From Spizellomyces punctatus DAOM BR117 (Eukaryota), in NCBI GenBank assembly GCA_000182565.2, contig KQ257452.1: DNA of 64,000 bases, one strand, 5' to 3'. Numbering within the stretch: position 1 is the first letter of the stretch; each line of letters opens with the position of its first letter. The notes beneath the pieces were generated by a model. It had not been told where the DNA came from. It made no database searches and saw only the letters and a list, made by a program, of their open reading frames with translations. Positions 42,762 to 53,982 of this stretch are shown piece after piece. Position numbers and translations under genes: made by a program.

Positions 42762-43416
42762 CTTTACTTGGAGACGAGATGGGCGAATGGAGAGGTGTTT
42801 AGCTGCACACTATCTCAAAGTATCAGGCAAAAACAGAGAATGGAGAATCCAATATTCGTGTCCGAGCAGTACGGCACACGGAGCAAAAGTGGAAGAGGCA
42901 CGCACTTTGAAGGAGGGGGGGAAAACATTGTGCTCTTTTAACAGTCTTTCGAGTCCACCTGCAGAACCCACAGAACCAATTTAAGAAACACAGATGACAC
43001 TAGTCTGCTGCATCTACGCTGACCAAAGCACCTCCACCCATAAATATTCTACAGATTTTCTTTCGCCACTGTATGCCATGTCCAAAACAAAACACTCGTC
43101 CAGCTTCTGTCTTCTACGATCCCCAAGAGGGTGAAATCCCTATGCCGTAATCAATCCTGACGCTTAGGCAACGCGTTTCTGTTCGAGTCCCGCTGTGAGT
43201 TGAAAGAGTCCACTGCTTACTCAACGCGGGATGACGGCATACATCTGGTGGAAGAAGAAGCGAGCGGAAAAGGAGGTGTGCTGATGGTGTCATGGGGTGG
43301 GTGTTGGATAGGCGTTTGTAGAGGGGGTGTTAAAAAACCTAGTGTTTGTCTGTACTCTGTCGCCTGCAAAGCATCACTCGCAGCGGCAACTGCATCCCAT
43401 TACACGTTTACATACC

Positions 43417-44209
43417 ATGTATTCCATAAATTTGATTGCACTCTTCTTGCTCTTGTCACAATCTGTTTCCTGTACGTGCATTCAAGACGGAACAATCTCC
43501 GATGTACCGGCTTTTTGCGCGGATTGGGAGTCCATGTGCGCGGTCTTGTGCCAACGAGGGCAGTCGGCAATGGAGGTATAGACTTTTACTATGATTTTAG
43601 TATGCGCATGGCTCATGACAAAGTCGATACAGTGCACCCCCAACGACTCCAATCCCTTTGGTCTCACACTCAATTGCACATGTTCAAGTCACGATCTCAC
43701 CAACACAACACTCGCCGCGCTGATTCCCGGAACCTGCTACACCCCCACAGCCACTAACCTAATTTCCAAGCTCCCAAAATCCAACGGTCCAACATGGGGG
43801 GATGTGGGATTGACGCGCAAGACGGGATGTGATCCCATCGTTGAAGATGGAACAGAGTGCCACCCTGCTCAGGATCGGCCGAAATGTTCGGGCCGGAGTT
43901 TTGTCCAGTGCATTCGTGAGTATGAATAGTTTTGCGCACAGCGTAGCATGCTGTATAATGAAAAATATCTGGCTCGGAATAGCGTCAACACCAACAACGG
44001 GCCGCTGGCTCAACATGGAGTGTCCGGCCGACAAGGCCTGTATCTCCACTCCGGGAGGGTTCACATGCGACCAGGCATCCAAAAGCGCCTGTCCGGTACA
44101 GGAGGACCTGTCACAAGAGATGGTTCACGCAAGAGAGAAGAGAAAGCTGCCATTGTTGTTGGCGATGAGAGGGGATGCTAGACCAGGTCCGGCCAGACTT
44201 TACGAATAA
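43417..44209 (+). CDS. Small secreted Cys-rich protein, C-terminal CBM19-like module possible (3 exons)
   Basis: Signal peptide MYSINLIALFLLLSQSVSC; many Cys; KCSGRSFVQC...GRWLNMECPADKAC. Confidence 0.65.
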
Positions 44210-44302
44210 ACAAAAATAGTTTACATATGTACAAAAGTCGTGCTTAGTTGTAAACAAATGATAAATAGCCGAAAGAACCACCACTTTCTGTCATCACGCT
44301 CT

Positions 44303-45870
44303 TTAATTCCTGTTATCCTCCACCTCGTTATACACAAACTTGACCAGCCGATATCTAATCAAAAACGCAAGACACGAACACAGTGCCTGGACAATCATTA
44401 CAAAGGTAGCCAACCGCGGTTCGGACATAGGTCCGAACTTTACCAATAAGAGGTTCATGAGCGTGAGGTTGTTGGCTTGCACGGCTTCACCTGTTTTAGG
44501 GTCGCGTCGAATGTGAACGAGACGGAAGGTTCGCAGAATGCGGATCATGAGGCGGCCGAGTTTGCCAGTTTTGGATAGCGAGCACCATGTGGGTTCCAAG
44601 AGCTTGGTGGAGGAGTTGTAACTAAAAAACTTGGTGAGGGACGCACTACGAATGCAAAGCTTTATGAAGCACTTACCTAGGCATCCGATGCCTCGGGCAC
44701 TCCACAAAATGAAACAATTGAGGGCACGAATAAATAAAGTTGAAAATCTGAGGCACCATAAAAAGCAAGACGGTTTTGCTAAAGTTGCCTAATATCCCGA
44801 CCACGGCAAAGATCATTCCTGCAAAGTAGCAGAGTGTATCCCCCCCGAATGCACGTGCGGGGTACCTGCATCCTACTGTCAGCTCCAAATCACAAAATCC
44901 ACGGTATCAACACGATACGTACCAGTTGTGCTTTAAAAACCCCAATGTCACTCCAATAAAGGGAAGAACAAAATACAGTGACGTCAAATGCGCTTCGGCA
45001 CGCGCGGGATTGCGATGTAGTTGGAGGAAATCGTTTGCAGCGATCGACAGCGCAATGACGAGGGACTGCCCGGCTTCCACGCCATTGACACCTGCTAGGA
45101 TGTTGATTGCGTTCGTCGAAAAGATGGCCAGAGCGGCCATAAACGCATAGTAAAAGATGCCTAAAGAAACGAGTCAATACTTGATTACAATGTATACAAT
45201 TGCTGCACGTACCAAGATGTAACATTTTTTGCCCAAATAGGGATCGGAGCGGGATAGGCACAACAACATCTGTTCCACCATATGTAACGCAGTAGACCAT
45301 GAGAAGCGGCATAGACGCAATCAAGGGTAGCCAGATCTTGACCCGCCATCGAATATCGAGCACATCATCCGCAAATCCCAGAAAGAGCATACTCATGAGT
45401 GACAAGAGTCCACCCAGAAATTGTGCAAACTAGAAAGAAATCAGACGACGCGGATAGATGAAAGGCATGCGAATGCATGTACCTTATTATGCGGGAAATC
45501 CGCCAACGCGTACTCTGAATCCCGGAACCATCCAATAAAAGGTACTGGAATAAAAACAAACATGACGATAAAGTATACGACGCCAGCGATCGCGCCCATG
45601 CTCTCTGGTCTACAACTACAAGTCAATACCCATCACATACGATTTCCAAGAACATAAAACATACATGACCGGTCTCCCCTCCTTCAACAAATCCTTCCCG
45701 GACCGTCCATGAGCTATAAAAACGTCGCTGACGAGGGGAATCGCTTTGTAGGTACCCAGGCCGGCAAGAACCGAAAGACAAAGGGAGACGACCAGGGGGT
45801 TATGTATCCCCGCAACCATGACCGCCATCAAAAGACTGGGTGGGCCAAACGCCCATATACCCTGGTTCAT
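44303..45870 (-). CDS. ALG7: UDP-GlcNAc:dolichyl-phosphate GlcNAc-1-P transferase
   Basis: [64 protein letters not shown]. Confidence 0.96.
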
Positions 45871-45938
45871 CTTGCCCGTCGAGAATTCACAACGGAAGGA
45901 CGACGCCCGTTGCTTACCTGAGGAGGTCCGCATCTGAT

Positions 45939-45952
45939 GTTGCTATAGCAAC
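45939..45952. promoter_or_regulatory. Perfect palindromic RFX X-box GTTGCTATAGCAAC
   Basis: 14-bp perfect palindrome matching the X-box consensus, between divergent ALG7 and SEC13. Confidence 0.5.
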
Positions 45953-46206
45953 AAGACGACCGTCCTACTAAGCCACACTGGGCAAGTTGGAACGTGGCCG
46001 ACGACGACGGGCTGCCCAGTAGATTCCATTTGTTCCATCAGTGCTTTTGAGAAGCCAGAGTTTATTGGATTGTTGGTGTCGTTTTCCTTTGAGTTTGCCA
46101 GGCTGCTTTGTGGGATATTGACACGTTCACGGTTCTTTGCAGGTTGCGTTTGGGGTTGTTTCCTGTGATATTTTGGGTAAACGGTGCACTTACGGTACGC
46201 ACCAAG

Positions 46207-47554
46207 ATGGTGAGTTTTGTTTCTCATTTGCAAAAAGTGTTGACATCAGAACTCACGACTTGACATTCAGGCAGCAGGCACTGCACTCACATTTGACACG
46301 CAACACGAGGACCTGATAGTAAGTTGAACACTGTGTTCGTAACTCAAACATACCACAGACACTGACACCCCGACCAGCACGATGCGCAGGTTGATTACTA
46401 TGGCAAGCGACTAGCGACCTGTTCTTCCGACCGTACGGTAAAGATCTACGAAATAGAGGGGGATGCCCATCGGTTGGTGGACACCTTGCGAGGGTACGTT
46501 CGGCTCAAAGCAACGATAAGACAGCAGAATAAGATGCTAATAGAAAAACAGACACGACGGTCCCGTCTGGCAAATCTCGTGGGCACATCCTAAATTCGGG
46601 AACGTCCTCGCGTCTTGCTCGTATGATTCCAAAGTGTGTGTTTGGAAGGAGACGAATGGACAGTGGTCACGGGTATGGGAACATAAGAAGCATGGAGCTT
46701 CGGGTACGTTTGAGCTGGCAGGTTGAGTGTGTGCGCAAGAGCTCATTGTGGATTTTGCGACTAGTGAACTCGATTGCATGGGCGCCGCATGAGTTTGGGT
46801 TGACACTGGCGGCTGCATCATCAGATGGAAAGGTGTCAATTGCATCCTGCAAGGGTACGTTCCTTCTTTTACATGTTGTTGTACAAACCCATCATAACAA
46901 AATACTATAGATGACGGTACATGGGACGTGAATGCCTTCCCTGCCCACTCAATCGGGTGTAACTCTGTGACGTGGGCTCCGGCCACCACACCGGGCACAT
47001 TGATCCAAGTCACCGGCGCCGCCCCGCCAACTCTCGTAAAACGGTTTGCAACAGCCGGATGCGATAATTTGATCAAGATTTGGCGGTGCGTATATTTTAT
47101 GGTCATCTTGGGTACAGTACAAGGTTTTAATGTCGATACGCAGAGAAGAGAATGGACAGTGGAAGGAGGACGCGACTTTGGAAGGTCACACGGATTGGGT
47201 TAGAGATATTGCATGGGCTCCCAACATTGGATTACCTACCAGCTACCTCGCCAGTTGTTCTCAGGTACGCCTGTACGCGTATCCCTCCTCATCTTTCCTC
47301 AACCGCATTTCCTAACACATTAAAAACAGGACAAGACCGTTCTCATTTGGACACAAGAAGATCCCAAAGCCCACTGGTCCAAGCGTCCTTTAAAAGCCGA
47401 CCCCTTCTCTGATGTCGTCTGGCGCGTCAGTTGGTCGACCAGTGGAAATATTTTGGCAGTGTCGTGCGGGGATAATAAGGTATCGCTTTGGAAAGAGAAT
47501 TTGGATGGGGAATGGGGGGTTGTCGGGTCTGAAGTCGAAGGCATTGCGCAGTAA
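46207..47554 (+). CDS. SEC13: COPII/nuclear pore WD40 protein Sec13
   Basis: [68 protein letters not shown]. First coding exon is ATG only. Confidence 0.97.
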
Positions 47555-47713
47555 AATTGTGTATTCGGACCGTCAACAGTGGTTTCGCTTCCCATTCCTT
47601 TCTGTTTTTGTTTTGCATTACTTGAATCCGTACAGAAAATTTATTGAAAATATAAAAAATGTCCTAGAAATTGCTATCCAATCTATGTAACCTAATCAAA
47701 TCTATGCACACAT

Positions 47714-49711
47714 CTAAACTGCTCCACTGGTTCTGACTTTATTCAACCCAACATAATCACCCTTGATACCTCCTCTTTCAAGCATTTGCGCAAAAGTTGA
47801 GCGAACCCACTGGCGAGTGGTCACTTTCCAACTCAACCTCCACAAACTCCTCACCCATCCGTTTTCGGTTCTTCCCCACCCTCCTTCGGCTCTTGCGTCC
47901 GTCATGACACGCGAACAGGGGCCGATACGGAGGTTATCAAATTCGCGAGCGAGATTGCCGAGTGCCGTTTCGGTGGAGGTGTGATCGTTGCTTAGGTGCT
48001 TTGCGATAAGTTTAGCCAAAAGAGCTGCGTCTGTAATGGCAAGACCTCCACCGACGGAACCATTGGCGTTGGTGGCGACGGGGTGAGCAGCGTCACCAAT
48101 GAGGATAACGCGTCCGGGATGAAAGTTGGGTGAGGTGGTGCTTTCCGGGTACTCTTGTGCCAAGTCCAGAATATCTTGTGCGTAGATAGAACCTGCGTCG
48201 GAATGCGCAATCAGAGATAGAACAGTGGTAGGAAGTGAAGGGTGACGGGAAACAAGGGACAGAGCGAGTCCTTGGGCTCGAATGTGAGAGAGGCGGGTGA
48301 CTGGGTCATTCGGGGAGGGTGGGGCGAGTTTGGAAGCCAAGAGCTCTTCACGCTGGAGACGGAGTTGGCGCTCAAACGCCGTTTCCATCCTCTTGCGGGT
48401 GCGGGGGGTTGTGGGAGGGGAGGTGGGTGCAGAGGTAGGCGGGGTGTCCAGCGACGTGGCCTGGAGGCTGGTTGTGATCGAGTCGACGGCGGTCTTATCG
48501 CTCGAGACGCTAGGCACGGGGGAAGCGCTCCGGGAAGAATGGCCACTGGAAGGGCCGCTTGAGGGCACATCTGTGGAGATTTGCTCCAGTCGAAATGGGT
48601 CTGTACCAGACGAAGACGCCTGCCCCATTTGTCTCCGCTCTTGTTCTTCCGCAGCAAATTGGGTAGTGTGAAAGTGAGGCTCAGGCTGCGCAACAACAAG
48701 ATTCCAGCCCAACATGCCGTTCCCGAGATTGTTCACCCCAAAAGCGACGCCGCGCCCAACAATCCCTACCGCGTTTCCATCTGGGCAAAATGCTGTCAAT
48801 TCACTCATCTTGGATTGTGGGAGAGGGTTCCCGTCCGCGTATTCTGTGGGCATGTCCAAGGGAGGATGGGAAAGATTGGCGATACCGTAAACAACGGCCG
48901 CACCAGCATGCTGGGCAGGGTACCGATTAGAACCGAGAAGCTCTCTCACTTTAGAATGAAGACCATCTGCACCAATGAGCATAAATCCTTGTTCCACCAC
49001 GCCGTTTGTAAATTTCACCGTGACCTTTCCGGTTGATGCAGAGATGAGAAACGAGTCCAGTTCGTATCCAAGATGGAGATCGGGGACGAGGTCCGCGTAG
49101 CCTTCATCATGGAACCATGTGTTTCCCCACGCCAGATCGGCGTCAATGCCTTCTGGTATGCCTTCAGGTGTGCTACCTTGAGAATTGTTGGCGGCGGTTG
49201 GCACAAAAGAGCCATCGAGTAAGTCGTCTCGGATATCCGACAGGGCCAACAAAAGGGTGCGGATCACATCAACCTTGCGAATACCAATCATGGCTGGGAT
49301 ACCACCGGCCGTGTTGCCAGCTTCTGGGTCCTGTATCTGCTCCTTTTCTGGCAGGCCAGTGAGAGGATCGATGGGGGGATAGTGGACCAACAGCTCATTA
49401 GTATCTGCGTCTACTGCCTTTAAGTTATCAATGGGCATGGAAATCCGTGAGAGGCGCTTTCCGAGCCCAAGTTCCAGAAGCACATCAATGGCCCAGCGCC
49501 AGAGAATCCAGTGTGAGGACGTATTTTCGCCCGGGTAAGGTGAATTGGATGCTTCGTAAATGATTGGCCGCAAACTGAGACCTGTGAGCGCGGCCACTCG
49601 CCTGATGGCAAGTGCGGCCGTGAGACCAGCAATGCCTCCTCCCATGATGAGGACCTTGTTCTCCTCCCCCTTTAGAGGGTGAAGCGATACGTCCGTTTGC
49701 TCTCCCATCAT
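47714..49711 (-). CDS. Flavin-dependent monooxygenase (salicylate hydroxylase/zeaxanthin epoxidase-like), intronless
   Basis: GGGIAG (GxGxxG), LIGADGLHSKVR (DG motif), RVILIGDAAHP (GD motif). Confidence 0.85.
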   Translation of the reverse strand: MMGEQTDVSLHPLKGEENKVLIMGGGIAGLTAALAIRRVAALTGLSLRPIIYEASNSPYPGENTSSHWILWRWAIDVLLELGLGKRLSRISMPIDNLKAVDADTNELLVHYPPIDPLTGLPEKEQIQDPEAGNTAGGIPAMIGIRKVDVIRTLLLALSDIRDDLLDGSFVPTAANNSQGSTPEGIPEGIDADLAWGNTWFHDEGYADLVPDLHLGYELDSFLISASTGKVTVKFTNGVVEQGFMLIGADGLHSKVRELLGSNRYPAQHAGAAVVYGIANLSHPPLDMPTEYADGNPLPQSKMSELTAFCPDGNAVGIVGRGVAFGVNNLGNGMLGWNLVVAQPEPHFHTTQFAAEEQERRQMGQASSSGTDPFRLEQISTDVPSSGPSSGHSSRSASPVPSVSSDKTAVDSITTSLQATSLDTPPTSAPTSPPTTPRTRKRMETAFERQLRLQREELLASKLAPPSPNDPVTRLSHIRAQGLALSLVSRHPSLPTTVLSLIAHSDAGSIYAQDILDLAQEYPESTTSPNFHPGRVILIGDAAHPVATNANGSVGGGLAITDAALLAKLIAKHLSNDHTSTETALGNLAREFDNLRIGPCSRVMTDARAEGGWGRTENGWVRSLWRLSWKVTTRQWVRSTFAQMLERGGIKGDYVGLNKVRTSGAV

Positions 49712-51638
49712 TCTTTCCGCCGTCGTCGTTGTGCCCAAATGGAAAAAGATAAGTTGCGAAAAGGAGCCCCAAAAACGCTGAGCGGAGATCTTGCCGCATA
49801 TCATGTGCTATCACGTGGGTGTGGCGCATGAAAGCTGAGTTTTCGTAAAGTCGACTGCAGCACCCACTGCAAAGGAAATACCAATATCCAATACAAACAT
49901 ATACAGAAGAGCATATGAAATATATCCAGGTATGAACCCGGCGATGGGGATGGACGCTGTTGGTTTTCATTCGTCGTTGTTGTCGCCTGTGTGAGCTGAT
50001 GACTGGTCTGCTCACTATGGCCAGTTGAAAGTCTGCACTGTTACTTGGATTGGCATGTGCAGCAGAATCTAGGTGGTAAAATCAGTGCCAGGTTGATGTG
50101 ACTCTTGTTAAGCTTCATTTTCCTGTGAATAAAAATTACCAATTCGTGCCACGCTGTAAAGTTATGGGTTTGCAGATCAAAGACTTGGTCGTGAGAGGTT
50201 TATCCTTGCCACGCATCCACCTATTCTGGATTCCACTCGTCATGATAAGGAAGATAGACCATAGTGGCAACTAAGGAAGCAAATGGCCTTTAAAAAAGCA
50301 AGTGGACGATATGAAAGGTATCGGTTTTGGTTCAGGATGCAATGCGACAGGGATTGAAGATATGGATAGGACATTGAAATACATACAATAGAGAATCGTG
50401 TTTCTTCTACTTTATTAGTATAGCAATGCGACGTTTTATATACAATGGCCTTTGATGCATCTGCAGGACAAACTCAGTAGCTACAAAGGACCATCATATA
50501 CCTCATCGTGGGCGGCTGTCCGACTGTACATGTCGTGATATGGAAGCACACATTGCCACTAATCTTCATGTTCATCGCTTGGCTCCAGAAGGCAGGTGCT
50601 TTACTACCAGCCAAGCCAAGTTAATCTTGAGTCTTCAGGCGACATTGCATCCTTGATGGTGCTCCCAAATTCGAGCATGGTTACTATTTACTGTATAAAG
50701 CAAAATCGTTCCGAAGCCAGCTATGGATGTGTATGTGCTTGGAATGAAGGATACCTGTTTCTGCTCGGTGATCTGATCTTGTGAGTGCCGTAGCTCACGA
50801 GGAATCCAGAGTGCGTCTTTCAGGTTCTGTCCAATGTAATCGTTGCAATGGTCTCTGCAACCCCAGCCATCGTGACCGGCTGTTTGTAAATCAGCAACGG
50901 AAACGTGAGGCTCGTTTGTACGTTGATCAACTCATTCGCCAATATAGATTCAAATGTTATCGACAGTGAGATTCATCTTTTTCAGCAACCGGGCAGTAGC
51001 AATCTTCACCACGACCCACAATCTTTGCGAAGCCAATGGAAACTGCCCACCAGCGCAACGCTGTTGCGCACTCTGGCATCAACAGACAGCAGCAAGTAGT
51101 GGAAAAGCAAGATTAGCCCTCTTGCTAAGTGTAATATTGCGCATTGATCACTCTGCAGGTAATCCCGATTATACAGCGGGAACGCAGGGAGCCATCATAG
51201 ATCCATGCCTTTAGTACTGCTATGCCAAATCTTTGACTACCAGAACATACAACTTGGGGGGTACAGTAGCAGAGGATATTGGAGTGCGCCTACCAGCTCG
51301 CTGAGGGAGAATTTCTTGGTTGTCACCACCATGGAGGACACTAAGATACCCCCAATACTCAACTTGTAGCCCCAGAAGCGGCTCAGAACTGTTTCTCCAC
51401 CATGGCAGTCATCCATTATGTAACGCATCGTCCCAACATGAAAAGCCACGTCAAGCCTCTCGATCGGGGCTTACGCACGCGCCAGCTGTCAAAGTCAGAC
51501 GGTCGCAAGCTTCAAAGGACGCCCCCCACGCGGTTTCCTCCTTTCTTTTCTTCACCATTTACCGGCCTGCTCTTCGAGGCACCACTGCTCCTTCTCTTCT
51601 CGTTACCGCACCAATTTGCCGTCTCCGCAACAACCAAG

Positions 51639-52406
51639 ATGGCCCCCACAATGCAGCAGCCCTCTCGTCACGACGACGGCTACCCTTGGATGTATTCGAG
51701 CAACAGCTTTGCAGGTCCGGGATCAATCGACCGGCTCGGCCTCCAGATGGCCTCCTGGGTCTATGGGTGGATCCAAGCGCTTCAGAGAGACCCAAACACA
51801 CCGCTGGGAACTCCAGGTTACCAGTACTGGCTGTGCGATACGACCACGAGACCATACGCGGTGGGCCAGCCCCTCGCAGCGCACATTGCGGAACCCTACA
51901 ATAGAGCCACCGATGGCGGAGAAGCGGCGGCGGGGATAGTTGCCGATGCAAAAAAAGCTGGAAACAGGGGACGTGACGTCCCCTGCGCGGCCTGGCTCAA
52001 CGCCGGCTTCCCGCAATATGCCGACGGAGCACCCAATACGGCTTCCTTCATCCCATGGCCGTGTCGTGCAGCCCACCACTTTGCGTCCATCGCCATCGAA
52101 TCCACTCGAGACTTGCTGCTTGCCCAAGCGGACGTGCCCGATTGTTGCGTGAAACCCCTCAACCCCTCATATTTCGAGTACGCCTACTACAGTTTCCGTG
52201 CGTCATGGCTGAAAAGGGCCGCGGAATCCTTTACCGCCCTTTACGTAACCAGAATGTCCGATGCGGTGAACCCAGGAACGTTAGCGCCGGACGCTTCAGA
52301 CCAAATCTGGTTCTGCACCAACGTTGGCGGCAGAGCCTACGTCATTTGGGTCGTCGACGACTACGGCCACGAAGCTCTCCCCACCGATCGCCTTCAGCTG
52401 TGGTAG
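51639..52406 (+). CDS. Intronless GC-rich orphan ORF, 255 aa, unknown function
   Basis: Stop-free frame from 51402; CAAGATGG start context after a pyrimidine-rich leader; C/G-ending codons dominate; no family recognised. Confidence 0.5.
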   Translation: MAPTMQQPSRHDDGYPWMYSSNSFAGPGSIDRLGLQMASWVYGWIQALQRDPNTPLGTPGYQYWLCDTTTRPYAVGQPLAAHIAEPYNRATDGGEAAAGIVADAKKAGNRGRDVPCAAWLNAGFPQYADGAPNTASFIPWPCRAAHHFASIAIESTRDLLLAQADVPDCCVKPLNPSYFEYAYYSFRASWLKRAAESFTALYVTRMSDAVNPGTLAPDASDQIWFCTNVGGRAYVIWVVDDYGHEALPTDRLQLW

Positions 52407-53598
52407 AGCAACGCTTCAGGCACGTTTTCTTCCAAAGGGAGATGTAGCGACGGAGAGGACCATAAAAGTCGCTTGAGGCTTTAGGCAACCAAGAGCACCT
52501 GATCGCGCTTCTAAGCAGTTGGGCAAAGTTATCGGGCGTCATTGAGGGGATACCGTGCCATAATTCCGTAACGGTGGTTTCATTAAAGGGATATGAACAT
52601 CTGTTTAATTAGGAAAGAGATCTATCAGATACCGCTGGATACATTTAGCGAACCACATCAGGCATTCATAGCATAATTCTTTAGGTAGAAGAGCGTATAA
52701 AAGAAACACATTGATGGAGAAAGTCTCGGCAGGAAAATATAACCGCAAGCAACATCGCAAGCCAAGGCTAGCGCTCACAAACTCGAACTTTTGGTTAACA
52801 GGAACCCGGCTGCACGCTAATAAAACCTGCAAAGGACCTACCTTGAATCCGTTACATGGTGGGAATCGGGCAGAGAAAGAGGGGCTTCCTCCATATCTGG
52901 ATTACCTGATTGAATAGTGGACGTTGAGTATATTTATGCAAACCCGGAAGAACGATGTGGAGAATTAAGCTCTGAAAAGGTGGACACCAGCGAACTCATG
53001 CGAAACTTTTGAGGGCAACATACATGCGATCATACATGCGATACTTGGGACGAAACTTTACATGGTATCGCTGATAGTCTTGCTGACGGAAGCTTTTCAA
53101 AATGAAGATTCCTGGAGGTATCAAAGGGAAACTTCTACCCAGCATTATCACATCTTCAAGCGCATAACCCTTTGTTTTCAGGGCCACTTACAGAAAGATA
53201 TGTGCACTCTTCCCCTGAGATATACTTTATGACATTTCTCCGCAGATGCACATCTTTACATTGTTTGTTGATATGGCTCATTCATTCCAGCTTGAACAGG
53301 GTCTTTTATGCTGTCCGCCATTTTCAAAGGAAACTTTCTCTGGTAGAGGCTCTCACAAAGAAGGTCCCTAACTTGCCCATTGATTACGGTCACATCTGCA
53401 ACCCAGTGCGAGCCTGAATAAGGTGTAAAGGCGCAAGACGGAGAAAGAAAAGAGAATAGTACCACTTGCTTGGTTCTTTTGGCACTTGCCCATGAAGTTA
53501 CTTCTGAAATGAATAGCATTCATATATTTAACGCATCAAAGATTGCTTTTGAATTCAGAGAGTTTGCATAGTAGCGATATTTGTCGTGACAATGGTCG

Positions 53599-53982
53599 TT
53601 AAACTCGATACATCGGCACTTGCTTGAGGATGTTTTGGCTCCCGCAGACAAGCACCTTGGCAAGGTCTACCAACCAACCGGCATTTACGAGATCTGCGTT
53701 TCGGGATCGCACGCCAGCATTCTCAATGTTGCGGATTGCACTCGTCGCCCTTCTCTCGAAAGCTTTACCGGGAAAGTCTCCGTTTACCTCATGGCCGGCG
53801 TAATAGCCTCGTCCCAAAGGACAATGAGTTTTGCTGAAAGCGTCTGGATGCAGACAGATGTGCCCGGGTTGACAATCGTTTATCTCTTTATGCCAATCCG
53901 AATTGTACTCGTTTAGTGAGGTGCCCTCCCTTCTTACAATAGAAAGCGTTTCCCAGCCCGTGAACTCAGGTTCCATACTCAT
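53599..53982 (-). pseudogene. Possible decayed protein-kinase-like remnant
   Basis: ATSAIRNIENAGVRSRNADLVNAGWLVDLAK loosely echoes the kinase IH..GV.H.D..N...W.IDF segment, but the catalytic residues are missing. Confidence 0.2.

Noticed and set aside
43110-43260. FMN or cobalamin riboswitch-like words (GGGTGAAATCCC, AGTCCAC, TCTGGTGGAAGAAG)
   Set aside because: Order and spacing do not fit either consensus, and these switches are bacterial. Kept only as an unassigned fold-back.
51442-52482. Possible terminal inverted repeats (AAAGCC-ACG-TCAAGC / GCTTGAGGCTTT) around the orphan ORF
   Set aside because: Only 12 bp with an indel, no target-site duplication and no transposase motifs.
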